Source of the DNA: Azolla caroliniana
Lineage: Eukaryota > Plantae > Polypodiophyta
Length of the DNA stretch: 64,000 nt
Direction: 5' to 3'
NCBI GenBank assembly: GCA_043228905.1
Contig: JBHGNT010000007.1
Location: 17,670,001 to 17,734,000 of the forward strand
The position numbers and the translations under genes were made by a program. The notes under the pieces are model-generated. The model did not search any database, was not told where the DNA came from, and saw only the letters and a list, made by a program, of their open reading frames with translations. This document shows, in pieces, positions 63,596 through 64,000 of the stretch. Position 1 is the first letter of the stretch, and the number at the start of each line of letters is the position of its first letter.

Positions 63596-64000
63596 CACCA
63601 AAAGACTACCTCCTTTCATGCGTCCTTCTCCTCCTAAATAAATTCACTTTCTCTAAAGTTTCCCAATGGATTGTTAACAAGTTCTACGATATACTTATCA
63701 TTGAGGCGCGCTGTCGCGTGGCGCGTGACACACGTGCCAAACGTCGGGATGTGCGTGTCACAAGTGCGGACAAGCGCCGAGCCTTTATCCGCTAGTGGTT
63801 ATGGAGGATTGATGATGGGCGGCTGAAGTGATGCACTAATTTCGTTAGAGTGAGAGAGAGAGAGAGGAAGATGGTCGAGATGAAGGCGACACATTTATGA
63901 TGCATGAAGAGTTACGCTCAGGAGGAGCAAAAGGGGCTACGACAAGTGGTCATGGAAATGCGAAAGGCAATCGAATGATATGGTTGATCGGGTGGAAGGA

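Larger units (their letters stand above)
45321..64000 (+). mobile_element. Ty1/Copia element A, host of the nest; decayed, 3' LTR not in the window
   Basis: 5' LTR 45321-45646 (TG...CA) and PBS TGGTATAAGAGC (near-match to tRNA-iMet). gag FPTEKLD..ASWSYKM and CCHC-like knuckle; protease WYVDFGASNHM; integrase IHSDVWGP; RT LLYVDD. RNase H is split by element B and resumes at 63105 (YVPIDRQTANIFTK). Confidence 0.9.

Overview
This is AT-rich, transposon-dominated land-plant nuclear DNA; the TE types suggest a bryophyte, lycophyte or fern, which is inference. Two intact host genes are supported. One is a 4-exon xyloglucan endotransglucosylase/hydrolase (XTH, 33604-35718, minus strand). The other is a 2-exon 137-aa protein I do not recognise (11579-13426, plus strand): Pro-rich N-terminus, one transmembrane helix and a 10-Cys tail that appears only after splicing. 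The rest is mobile DNA: a decayed DUF7869-like DNA transposase split by a non-autonomous Gypsy-type LTR element with a tRNA-Trp PBS (536-5014); one full-length decayed LINE (25884-31244) and four truncated relatives; hAT-type MITEs; old Gypsy relics; and a four-level LTR nest from 45.3 kb to the end (Copia A > Copia B > Gypsy-type solo LTR > nearly intact Copia C, plus two more solo LTRs in A). The most striking pattern is that all four insertions carrying a TGTCGTG terminus have 4-bp target duplications centred on CG (ACGT/ACGC, CTGC/CCGC, ACGG/ATGG, ACGT/ACGT) and all lie inside other transposons. This suggests CpG-directed, possibly methyl-CpG-directed, integration. All calls come from reading the sequence by eye; no database searches were run.
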